DNA of 51,440 nucleotides, filler included, from Trypethelium eluteriae (Eukaryota), in the NCBI GenBank assembly GCA_051942245.1. It is 2 parts of 2 records of this genome, joined end to end, with 100 filler letters (N's around TTAATTAATTAA, not from the genome) between each part and the next. Parts side by side here need not be neighbours in the genome. Positions count along the whole stretch, not along the records: positions 25,799 to 51,440 come from JAVECL010000365.1; 1 more part is not named here. One strand, given 5' to 3'. The notes under the pieces are model-generated. The model worked only from the letters and a program-made list of their open reading frames with translations, had not been told where the DNA came from and ran no database searches. The translations under genes were made by a program, and so were the position numbers. Shown here one piece after another: positions 35,536-45,884 of this stretch. Positions within the stretch are counted from its first letter, which is position 1. Each line of letters begins with the position of its first letter.

Positions 35536-37512
35536 CTACTGATCTCTACACCTCAGAATGCTCACTTCCTCGATATGATCTCTGGCTGCACTTTTACTTG
35601 TACCATGGAAAACGGTGACCTTGAGGCCTTCGGTATCGATGAACTCTAGCAGGAAGCCCTACCACTTCTGTCAGCTAGATCTTCATTGGGTCTTAATACG
35701 ATAGGCTATGTACCCCATGCCAAGATGGAACCGGGACCCACATCCGTGCTTCGCTCATTTCCGTTAGAACCGATAACTGTGGCAGTCTGTAAACATGCTC
35801 TTCAAGCTGATTTAGGTGTTAGTAATGACCTGCAACAACAGCAAGAGGGATGGAAAGAATCCACCTACAATCTCCCCACAGTGACTCATCATTAAGCTGT
35901 GCAGCTGGGATTCAAGCTCTTGAGTAATTGCGTCTGGTACTGGCTGCTTTACTCTGGGGCTGAGCACACCACACATCTCGTCAAAGCCATTTTCCGAGGC
36001 TATCTCAAACGGAGTTTTGTGATCAATGTCAAACGTCTTTAAAGTCCGCCAAGCTCCGAGGTCTTCCACTGTTTTAACAAGGCGATACCAGGCTGCTTGC
36101 TGATGAGCATTGCCCTCTGGTGCACCAGAACCGGCCAACTCATGTACTAATGTGTAACCTTCCCGTACTTTAGCATCGGCATCGTTCGTCAGTATTTTTG
36201 GTACGCTAAACCACTCCCGCTTTTTCCAGTCATATTCTGCATTCAGTACCTCTTCTACCGTTGCCCAGTCGCCCTTTTCCGCTGCTCTCTGCGACCGCAG
36301 CCGCTTCCGTATATACTGCCGGGGATGAGAAAATTCCATTGAAGCTCCCAACCATGTTGGTACACTTTCCGAAATGGCCTTGGTAAAAGCTGTATCGTAA
36401 GTTGGACGACCTGAGCTATTCGCACCTATCGCTTCCAGTTCTCGCTCTGCCAGCTCTTCGTATGCTCTGACATCTTCGCTGGAAATACCCCTGGCCAATG
36501 AGGCACATATTTCGTATCGAGATGCTCGTATTATTTTCCCGAAAAAGTCTCGTTGCTCTTTCTTATCGCCTTCATTGAGTGATAGCTCAGTGCCATGATC
36601 TCGATTGGTATTGAGCATCATGATCTCTATTGTGTGGGCCTGTCTGGAGCCAACTGTCTCTGAACGCATAGAAATGATGTGAAAGAATGCTCCACGCAGC
36701 AAGATCTCCTGCTCTCCAAATGCGGATATGTGACCCACCGGCATAGCACAAATGGATGTAACGATACCATCGGGATACTTTTCGTGATAGATCTGATACA
36801 GGTGTGGGTCGAGCCCATAAATATGAATGATCCAATGCATTGTATCGCTTTCACCAGAAGCAGCGAACTTTTGCATGGTCTCTGTTGACGTTGTAGTGGA
36901 GACTAGCGCCAGAGGTACTGCAAAATTTCTTTGACGAACATCTTCTCTGTTTGCGATGCGGCGGTATTCTTCGGCAACTTCTGGGCTTACATGCATTCCG
37001 CGATGCGTGACGCCTTGGAAGTTGGCATACCTAGGATCGCCAAGGTTCGAGATTCGAAGATTATACAGCTCGATGGTAAGATACTCCACCAATGTTGCCG
37101 CAGCGACGAGAGAGTCGTCTTCAACGGTATCTTCCCTCAAAAGTCGCGATATCAGGCTAAAGAGGAAATCGTAGCCAATTTGGGAGCAATAAAATTCGAC
37201 AGCAGTGTATTCATTATGCCTTGGGGTCCTCATTTCTCCCTCTCTCATATCTACATAGTCATCAAAATTTCCCACGATTCCATTAAGATACTCCCAGAGT
37301 TCTGGATTCGGCTTTTGATGTTGTGACTCCACAAAGCGTAATACATGCTGTCGGAGTTCTTCTTGAGTGTCTTGTCTCCGCCATGAATGTCGAACCGTTT
37401 GGATCCCTCTACGAATGACATCCATTCTTCGTTTTTCTTCTTCTCCAGAAAACACTGATTGAGAACTTAAATTTGTTAGTACCTGTCCAAAGAATCGCTG
37501 CAAATTGGCCAT
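35536..37512 (-). CDS. R-S-E clade ADP-ribosyltransferase-like domain fused to ankyrin-like C-terminal domain (3 exons)
   Basis: Motifs VTHRG (R), LVSTT (STS) and FGEQEILL (ExE). Spliced C-terminus CGEI|LEEHVYRLPQLSVLTE...WVPVPSWHG|GFLLEF...RDQ* with stop at 35536. No signal peptide. Confidence 0.75.
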
Positions 37513-37901
37513 GTCGATCTTGCGACACCAACTGTACCATGAGGCTCGTGCACGTGGTAAGGTGAATCAAGGGCCCAGCTTCTTCGACTGGCTGATTGAA
37601 ACAAAGCGTCTCTGGCGTGCCAAAGCTCCGAACTAGCTTTTCTCGAATGCTGCTTCTGGATCCCTACGTATAAAAGATGCCAGTAAGGTGTGCTAGGCAA
37701 CACGTCACTCTGCATTGCGGCGCAATCGTAATTGCCAGATGAGGAACGTGAGGCGTCTGCCTAGCGAGAACTAAAATCCGGTGGAAAGCCGCCAAGACAG
37801 TAGGCGAAATTGGAATGAGAACATAGCCCCTTCGCTGTCTTCCACAAACCCGAACAGATACATCCGTAGATTTTGTTGCACTTTGCTAGAATAATGCGAA
37901 A

Positions 37902-39387
37902 ATGGATCCGCTCTCAATCACAGTTGCCGTTGTCAGTCTCTCTAAACTTTGCAAAACCGTCATGTCGACCGTAAGGGAGGTGCTTGAGCGAATGCGAAAA
38001 AGCAAAAAAGTTCTTCTGGACCTCCTCGACGAGACCGAGCGAGTTCGTTTACTGCTTGAGTCCGTTCGTGAGCTGGCACTTCAACTGCAACGACAGAAGA
38101 AGACAGGTGTGCTCTTCGATATCCATTTGAACGAGTGTGAGAGGACGATTTTAGAGCTTCAGTCGTTTGCTACAGTTTTGGCTGTCCGTGGGCGGTCTTC
38201 CCAAATATGGCGTGCTATTACTTGGAACCAATATGAAGCCAAAGCAGAAATTCTACTTGCGCACCTTAGGGTGCAAGAAGAACATATAAACTCCGTCTTG
38301 ACGTTAACGGCAGCGTGAGTATGAGCTTTCCTATGCGGTCTTCGTTATTCTAACTTCGAGACTAGAAAATCGACTATCAACGTGGAAGCTCAAATGAGCG
38401 AGCTCTTATCTCGCCTTTCAGTAGAATCAACGATTGTAGACACGTTTGGCTCTATATCTGTGGTAGATAATCAGGACAAACCAATCCAAGTTAACCTCCC
38501 AAAATCCAATGAGATTCCGATATGGTTTGGATATACACTTGCCGAGGGATTTTCGCACGATTATCTTGATGCGAGACATGCCCTATCGGAAGCAGCGTAT
38601 TGGGGAGATTGGGAATCACTTCGAGAGCAGTGGGAAGAAGGGAAGAACGATTATGGCGAGAATTGGATCAACTGCTCACGTCTCAGTAATGATGCGCAAC
38701 GTCCAACCCAGATCAAGAGTGATAACAGTAAACAGAATCACCGCAAATGGCGCCCGGGCTTACGTTATGGGCACCTATTCACCAAGCAGTTTATAACTGT
38801 GCAACTTTCGATGAGATCCGATCGATGATAGAGAAAGGCGCTCTACGTATGAGTCCTTGAATACTCGTGAAGGAGGCTACTCATCAGATTTAGGGACGCT
38901 TCGAACACGAAAAGCAGACGAATTCACTCATGATAATCTGACGGCTCTGGAGATAGCCCAAGAGCTCGGCAGAACCCACCTCTATGATATCCTGAGTCCA
39001 ATCATTCACCATCCACTTCCAAGGCCTGTTCTAGAAGCCATCGAACAGCGCTTTCATCATTTGATTCATACAGACCTGGAGACGTATTCTTTTTCAGAAT
39101 ACCTCCATCTACCCAGTCTGGATGTTCTGACTGAGCTTGAGAACCCCGAGATGTGGTTTCCACTGCCTCCACTTCAGTTCCAAATGCAAAGCAAGATTGT
39201 GAATTATTTTGAATCCTGTTCGGACTGCGCGCACGCTGATCATTTTTAGGGTTATCAATTCCGACTCGATGGACGAAGTCTCTTGGTCAGTAGACGCGGT
39301 TTGATGGGAAGGGAATCAGTCCAGTATTATCGGATATATGAAAACGAGCGTGTTGAAATAGAGCAGGCGATAGCTTTCAAAATGTGA
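37902..39387 (+). CDS. HeLo-like/SesA-type N-terminal domain fused to ankyrin-like C-terminal domain (5 exons)
   Basis: Starts MDPLSITVAVVSL, typical of fungal STAND N-terminal domains. Spliced WAPIHQAVY...IEKGAL|RTLRT...TALEIA...LHLPSLDVLTE...WFPLP...|GYQFRL...FKM*. Confidence 0.78.
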
Positions 39388-39917
39388 AACAGTCAACAAA
39401 AAGACCTACGGCTCCCCGGTGTTCCTAGAACCACATACTCTCGAATTGTTTGTGGGCGTGCATTATGGTATTGCTACTTGATACCATCCTCTCAAATCAA
39501 GCCAATTTTCTGAACCAGAAGAACAAGATGGATGACAACCAGGCTTAGGCCCTGGTGGCGCGTGCTGGCATGCTGCGACCCACTTTTCCAATCCTCATGC
39601 AGAGAGCGGTGATAGCCGCTAGACTCGACACTAGCCCCAAGGCCAAGAGTCTTCCTGACAAGAGAAAATTAAGATTCAATGCAACATGTATCAACTGGCA
39701 GCAGTGGCTTGCTGCCAGATTGTTTTAGCGTGAGAGGCTGCGTAACCCCGCTTTCGATCGCTTTATGGTAAAGTACTCCATCTTAGCTTCACCAAGATTT
39801 TCTACGTCCGAGTAAAAAGCCCTTGGATCTCATCTGTGCTCGTACCGAGAGGACATCGAACGCCGTGTTGACAACTGAGCAGTTCAGTAAATTACTGCAC
39901 ACATATTTTCTCTTCTG

Positions 39918-41435
39918 ATGGAATTCCGTCCTGAATGGTCAATATTTCCAAAGACCTTTGCTTGCTTATCATGGATGGCTATTCACCGGACTCTGCTGCA
40001 TCGTGGATTTCTCCTCAAGCGGAATGGCCTCTCAACGAATTCTCAGATAGGCTTTTTCATTGGTGGGACAGCAACTGCTTGGTTCATCACCTCATGGATC
40101 GCAAGCGTCCCGCCGAGAGATGACTCGGATAGGATGATGCATTTCCTGTTTCGTTTGACGGACGCACCTGTTCTCGTAGAAACAATTTTTCTGTGCTGGT
40201 TCTTGGGTTGGGCCGATGCCAACTTGGCCATGAGAACGGACGAGAAGCATTTCCATTTCTGGTCCCTCCGTCTCCTAAGCGACCCTTTCGACTGGCAGTC
40301 AGGTGTCACTAAACCATTCCTTTGGACCATATACCTATTTGTGACTATTTCCGTGTCGATTCAGGGTATCGCAGCAATGTTTATCGGCAACTACACTTCC
40401 GCTGTCCTTAATATCATTGGTCTAGGAGTTTTTCTGACTTCAGGAGCCGGAAATAACCCATACGTTGGCGCCCCACATTGGTATACAGGGGATATGGTTC
40501 GCGTTATTTTGCCGACAAGCCACCACCAAGGAACAGTTTACGTTCTTCCATCGCAAGGACACGGTTTTGATGCGGTTTGGTCGCCGAAGGTTGCCGCAGA
40601 GCATCGTGAAGCAGATAGCCAAGCGATGGAACTGTTTCACACGATGCGAACTGGGACCTGGGGCCATCACCTTCCGCTCGCATCTCTTCGGAAGACACTT
40701 GCTAATTTTTATGGACGATTGCGGATGACACCACAACAGTGTTGGAGCTTGGCTGCTTGGTTATATGAAGATACACCTGGGGCCTTTGATACCGCCTCCG
40801 CGGCTGGTGTGAAACGTACCATCGAGTGTATCCGAGCCCCCGGCACTCATCTGATTGGACGAGACTTGATGTATGCACTATGCCATGCAGAATATATTGT
40901 TTTCATGTCGCAGGGTTCATTGCCGGCGCGACTAAGAGCCAGGATAGGTCGAATACGTTTAATGAAGCGAAGTGGTATGATGCCCACGGAAATTAGCGAT
41001 GGGCACACTATAGGTTATCTTCCAGGATTAGAAGGATACCGTGATGCTGTCCGGTATATTTACCGTCTGTTCGCTCTTCCTGTGGATGCGTCCGCCCTAG
41101 ACTTTGCTCAGATATCTCCACCACGGCAGTCGATAGCGCTTGGTGGTAGATCCTGTACGTCAGCCGAGCAATATGCGGCTGATCTGTGGGACCTGAGCTG
41201 TGAACATTCCGAGTCTACATTCTCGGCACTCTACTTCTTCACGGCTGTCTGGTTTATGGAGATTGGTAACATCGGTGGTTTCAACATTCTTCCATTCCGA
41301 GCGAGATCTTTCGATGGAGACTTGACCAGTCAACAGATAGTTTGGAGGCAGGTTTGGTATACAGCAGTAATAGCCCAGCTGATAGCGGCGTCGCCTATTC
41401 TTTATGCTGCCTTTGTGACCGGCTTGCTGCGTTGA
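39918..41435 (+). CDS. Hypothetical multi-pass membrane protein
   Basis: 505-aa intronless ORF with several hydrophobic segments at the N-terminus and one at the C-terminus; no recognised motif. Confidence 0.7.
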   Translation: MEFRPEWSIFPKTFACLSWMAIHRTLLHRGFLLKRNGLSTNSQIGFFIGGTATAWFITSWIASVPPRDDSDRMMHFLFRLTDAPVLVETIFLCWFLGWADANLAMRTDEKHFHFWSLRLLSDPFDWQSGVTKPFLWTIYLFVTISVSIQGIAAMFIGNYTSAVLNIIGLGVFLTSGAGNNPYVGAPHWYTGDMVRVILPTSHHQGTVYVLPSQGHGFDAVWSPKVAAEHREADSQAMELFHTMRTGTWGHHLPLASLRKTLANFYGRLRMTPQQCWSLAAWLYEDTPGAFDTASAAGVKRTIECIRAPGTHLIGRDLMYALCHAEYIVFMSQGSLPARLRARIGRIRLMKRSGMMPTEISDGHTIGYLPGLEGYRDAVRYIYRLFALPVDASALDFAQISPPRQSIALGGRSCTSAEQYAADLWDLSCEHSESTFSALYFFTAVWFMEIGNIGGFNILPFRARSFDGDLTSQQIVWRQVWYTAVIAQLIAASPILYAAFVTGLLR

Positions 41436-41533
41436 CAAGCCGATCAATGGATGAATGTGATCGATGTGGAGCTTGACGGCGGAAGGAACTCGTGTCTGGC
41501 GTCATGATCCGCCGAGAAATCCAACTTAAAATG

Positions 41534-43042
41534 CTATTCGGGTGCAAATTTATTAAGAAAGTCAACTAGGTCAATGCCTTGCTGCCTTGCAAAACTTGGA
41601 AACGCCTTATCGCTCAGCAGGCTTTGAAGATTGGCTCCATCTCTTGGTCGGCTTGCTGCTAGCTTCAGCAATATCGCTTCAGAGGCAACCAGGTGTGAAT
41701 CGATGCTCATGGCTTTCGATAGACGAATGCGTAGGCCCCGAAGAGCAGAGAGCGCTCTTCTCGCTGTTGGATCGTTTTCGAGTGCAGACGCAGATGCTGC
41801 TTGCGGAACTTCAGGTCGGGATCTTTGGAGCTCTTGATCAGCAGTAGCTATATTCGCGTACCCCAGTGGGAAAGCAGCTGAAGGAACATGCACAGGATTA
41901 TGATCTGCATTGGGACGGAGTATATCACCAGACAGCTTGATGGGTAAATCCAGCTCGGCAAAGGCAGGTCTTGGGGGCACAGGCACCATTTTCAGACGCT
42001 TCATCTCCATCGCATGAAAGAGGCGAAATCCAGCGTATGCATCCGCTGCAGAGTATCTAATCTGATCGGCATCTAGCGGCTTCGTCCAGTCACTGGTCCG
42101 TACTTTACCCTTGAATAGAGGTTTCCCCAAATGTTCTTGAACCTGGCTAGCCAGACCGACCAGCTTCTTATTGACCTTTTCTGGCCAATTGCCGTAGTAT
42201 TTGACAAGTCTGTGTAGATGACTCAATTCAAAAAGTCCGCGAGGCTCCAGCCTCATAAACCTCTGCAGCCTTCTACCGTCTGCATGGAGAATTGCGACGC
42301 CTGTTTTGGTAATGTCGGGTGACTCCAGAATTTTGCGCAACGTCGGCGCCAATAGTCTTTCTACTGTTCGTCCTTCGTGAAGTGCCACATGAAATAAAGC
42401 TACTTGGTCCTCACAAGCTAGCTGTATGAGGGATATATTGTTTTTTATGCCACGGCCGCCACGCGGTTTCCATTCCATATCGAATCCAAGGATAGGCTCG
42501 TTGACTAGCAAACTCGCAATGCGTTCGGACTCAGCTCTAGTCTTGCAGTAGTGTATCTTGATCTTCTCTCCGTTGAGACCACGATACAGTTCGTGCGTCC
42601 AGAATTTGCCCCCTTTTTGCCTCCAGTATGTCAAACGGCGGAGTTCGTGGCACTGCTCTTCCTGAGCGGTCCGCGTGGATCCTGGTTGCGCAGGTCTGCA
42701 GTCATTGCCGACACATTCTGAATTACGCGGAATCTCTCCATTTCGGCCATGCACATGAGCCGCCACATCTGGACTCTGCTGATTTCCTAAGCAACTCGAT
42801 TTGTTCCAACCCTTCCATGCGTTGCTAGCTGATGCGAGATGATTTGTGGAAGACGGTTGTAAAGATTCGAGTGGAACACGTGGGGATGATAGTGAGACTT
42901 GCGACTGCGCCTGTATTGGTGGACTGCCAGTGTGATTGCGTCTCGAGTTGCTGGGTTTCGTTACAGGGACAGGCGTTTCGTCGTCAGAAATAATAATGGC
43001 ATCAGTTGGATGTTTACCATATCCGGGAAAAAATCCATGCAT
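41534..43042 (-). CDS. WRN-type DEDDy 3'-5' exonuclease with HRDC-like C-terminus
   Basis: ExoI LGFDMEW, SLIQLA, ExoII region ILHADG, SDW, and ExoIII YSAADAY. Confidence 0.88.
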   Translation of the reverse strand: MHGFFPGYGKHPTDAIIISDDETPVPVTKPSNSRRNHTGSPPIQAQSQVSLSSPRVPLESLQPSSTNHLASASNAWKGWNKSSCLGNQQSPDVAAHVHGRNGEIPRNSECVGNDCRPAQPGSTRTAQEEQCHELRRLTYWRQKGGKFWTHELYRGLNGEKIKIHYCKTRAESERIASLLVNEPILGFDMEWKPRGGRGIKNNISLIQLACEDQVALFHVALHEGRTVERLLAPTLRKILESPDITKTGVAILHADGRRLQRFMRLEPRGLFELSHLHRLVKYYGNWPEKVNKKLVGLASQVQEHLGKPLFKGKVRTSDWTKPLDADQIRYSAADAYAGFRLFHAMEMKRLKMVPVPPRPAFAELDLPIKLSGDILRPNADHNPVHVPSAAFPLGYANIATADQELQRSRPEVPQAASASALENDPTARRALSALRGLRIRLSKAMSIDSHLVASEAILLKLAASRPRDGANLQSLLSDKAFPSFARQQGIDLVDFLNKFAPE

Positions 43043-43904
43043 CGCATCGTCGGTAGATTGAAAGATACCTCAGCTATCAGGTATTTGTGAGTTGTTCTGC
43101 TGGCGACTATTTCAAAGCATGCCACAGTCAGTGCGCATTCGTACCGTGAAGACGTTTGTTGACATTAGAGACGAACGGAGTTTAGCTCGGACCCATCCAG
43201 CGCTCACCAGCACCTCGGTCGCCCCTACTCCATATCAAATACCTTCAGCCATCAAGTCGGCGAACTATTGACTAACCATTGACTACCCGGAAATCCTCGA
43301 GCGATAGCTTTTCTCGTGGCAATGAGCATGCATCTCGCAGCTAATCTTTCTATATCTATGAGCTTTTCCGACGTCCCCCACTACGAAGGTTGGCGCCAGC
43401 GGAGAATACAAACTAGAAAGTGTGCCTGAGTTCAAGCGGATGAACTGACTAAGGAAAGGTGTTAAACTAGAAGCTTCAATGGCATCCTGAACAGCATTGA
43501 GTCAGCCTCGATCCCCAGTAATCCTTCGATCTCGCATTACCTGCAAGATGCGCTGTAGTATCCAAAATCAGGCAGCAACCCCCACTCTTTCAATACCCTG
43601 CGTACACTCGCCACTTGCTTTTGCTCCCTGTTGAAGCGTCACACTTGCGTAGATGCACCTGAGATGCATTCATTGCATGAAGGAGTACTTGGTAGGAGTC
43701 ACTCACCTCGCAGGATTTTAGGCACCATGCTTGTGAATCACGTTTAGCAAGGCAACAGTCTCTTCCTTCGCTTTTTCTACTCATATCATTCAGTACAAGT
43801 CACGCTCATTCTGCCTTGTCCCAAATCTTCTTTAGCATCCACTCTTAGCTGTCGTGTGCATTTCGCTCCCTCGGCTCGTGCTCGACTGTGATACCATCCA
43901 TCTA

Positions 43905-45884
43905 ATGGCTCGAACTCAACAAACACCACAGAAGTCGACGAACACTAACGGCTTTGGTATCCCTATCACCCAGGATGCTGCTCAAAACTCCGAAAGAAAC
44001 TTGATCAACGATGAACCGGGGGATAACCTTGCACCGACGGGATCCTTACCGAAGATCAGAAATCTCTATGAAGCCCGACACAAGCAACGCGCACTCCCTT
44101 GGACCGCTAAATACCCTGACGATCTCGAAGAGCCTCTAGAGAATGCCGAATCTGCACAGTATGCTCTTCTGGTTCGCTATAACAAATGTTATGACATGCG
44201 AAAGAAGTTGAGGCTTGATTCTATCGTCGTCCAAAGCCCATTGCTCAAGTCTGTCTTGCGCTCAGTCCTTGACAAATATCCAGGCATCACAACCTCGCTT
44301 CAGCGACTTGAATTCTCCGCGCCCTTTCAACCATTTGTGCACCGCTGGGAGCAACTGTCGGAGGCGAGGAAGAAGCAAACCCATCCCGAAGTCTGCGAGC
44401 ATCTGGACCTTCTCTGGAACGTGTTAGAAGAAGAGCTCCGTGATGTCATACGTGAGAAGCAAGACTTGGTGGCAAATGGAGTAGTTACTTTTGATTCAAT
44501 CTGGACCATCTTTGAGCCTGGTGCTCTGGTCTTCCATCAGGATGAGGGACACGACCGCATTTACAAGCTGAAGAGCGGCAGTTACCAGCAGACCCCTTGT
44601 GACAAATTCTACAGAATGCAATGCGAGTATGTGGATTTTGATGGCGAGAGCTTCGGGCTTGGTCACGACACTGTCTCGGTTCCCTCGTTTGCTGGTACAG
44701 CACCAATCACGAAGCTTCCGGTGTACCCAGCTATCAGACATGCTCATTACGAATCGCTAAAGGAGCGTCTCCTGGCCCGTGGTAAGCTTTTTGAGGCATA
44801 CAAAGGGTACCACTTCAAAGCGTATCAAGGAATTGCAATAGGTCAAGGTTATTTCGGACCTATTTGCTACAACGTCGACAGTCGCATCATCATCGATAGG
44901 CAGGCTTACAATCGTTTCAATCCTAACCAAAAGGTCAATATTCAGAAACTCAACATAGGTGACAGCGCCTCTAGCGACAATGATGACAGAGAAGCCGAGG
45001 CCCGGGCGTTTATGGCTCCCAAGAGCCTTTCTGAGGAGCAATTACTGATATGCGCCCCCTCTCTCCGTGGCTATTCCCTTCGAGACAAGAAGTGGCTTCA
45101 ATTCTTCGTTGACTCCGTTAAAGATATCATTTGGAATGAAGATGCATTCAATTCCCTTGTTGCTCCGCAAGAACAGAAAGACCTCATCTTGGCCTTTGCG
45201 CAATCTCAAGCCAAGAATAACCACGGTTTCGATGATGTAATCCAGGGCAAAGGTCGAGGCATAATCATGCTTTTGAGCGGCCCGCCAGGCGTCGGAAAGA
45301 CCCTTACGGCAGAGAGTGTTGCCGAGACTATGAAGGTTCCCCTTTACATGATGAGTGCAGGGGACTTAGGTGCTTCCGCCAACGACGTCGAATCGAAATT
45401 GGGGACAATCTTGGAGATGAATGCGAAATGGAATGCTTGCCTGCTTTTGGATGAGGCGGACGTCTTCTTGGAAGCCAGAAGCGCTCATGACTTGGAACGC
45501 AACCGACTGGTTTCTGTTTTCTTGCGCCTCCTCGAATACTACGAAGGCATCCTCTTCTTGACTACTAACAGGGTGGACAACATTGATGCTGCTTTCGATA
45601 GTCGTATTCATCTCACGCTTGAGTACGACGAGCTGGACCTGGATTCTCGCCGATATGTTTGGCGCACCTTCCTAAGTAAGGTCAGCAACGTGGGAGAGTT
45701 CTCGGCTCCGGAGGTCGATAAGCTGGCAGAGGCGATTTTGAACGGACGACAGATTAAGAACGTATTGAAGACTGCTCAGCTGTTAGCTGCGAAGAAGGAA
45801 GAGCCTTTGAATTTTCAACATGTCGATGTCGTGCTTGGGCTGCGCTCAGCCAATGCGTCTAAGAGGAGGCCTTTCAAAGCGTGA
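43905..45884 (+). CDS. Fungal AAA+ ATPase, same family as 28865-31969, intronless
   Basis: GPPGVGKT, LLLDEADVF, LEYYEGILFLTTNR and NGRQIKN. First ATG at 43905. Confidence 0.93.
   Translation: MARTQQTPQKSTNTNGFGIPITQDAAQNSERNLINDEPGDNLAPTGSLPKIRNLYEARHKQRALPWTAKYPDDLEEPLENAESAQYALLVRYNKCYDMRKKLRLDSIVVQSPLLKSVLRSVLDKYPGITTSLQRLEFSAPFQPFVHRWEQLSEARKKQTHPEVCEHLDLLWNVLEEELRDVIREKQDLVANGVVTFDSIWTIFEPGALVFHQDEGHDRIYKLKSGSYQQTPCDKFYRMQCEYVDFDGESFGLGHDTVSVPSFAGTAPITKLPVYPAIRHAHYESLKERLLARGKLFEAYKGYHFKAYQGIAIGQGYFGPICYNVDSRIIIDRQAYNRFNPNQKVNIQKLNIGDSASSDNDDREAEARAFMAPKSLSEEQLLICAPSLRGYSLRDKKWLQFFVDSVKDIIWNEDAFNSLVAPQEQKDLILAFAQSQAKNNHGFDDVIQGKGRGIIMLLSGPPGVGKTLTAESVAETMKVPLYMMSAGDLGASANDVESKLGTILEMNAKWNACLLLDEADVFLEARSAHDLERNRLVSVFLRLLEYYEGILFLTTNRVDNIDAAFDSRIHLTLEYDELDLDSRRYVWRTFLSKVSNVGEFSAPEVDKLAEAILNGRQIKNVLKTAQLLAAKKEEPLNFQHVDVVLGLRSANASKRRPFKA

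Noticed and set aside
43200..43560. Possible gene relic between the exonuclease and the second AAA ATPase
   Set aside because: Short frames with stops and no recognisable motif
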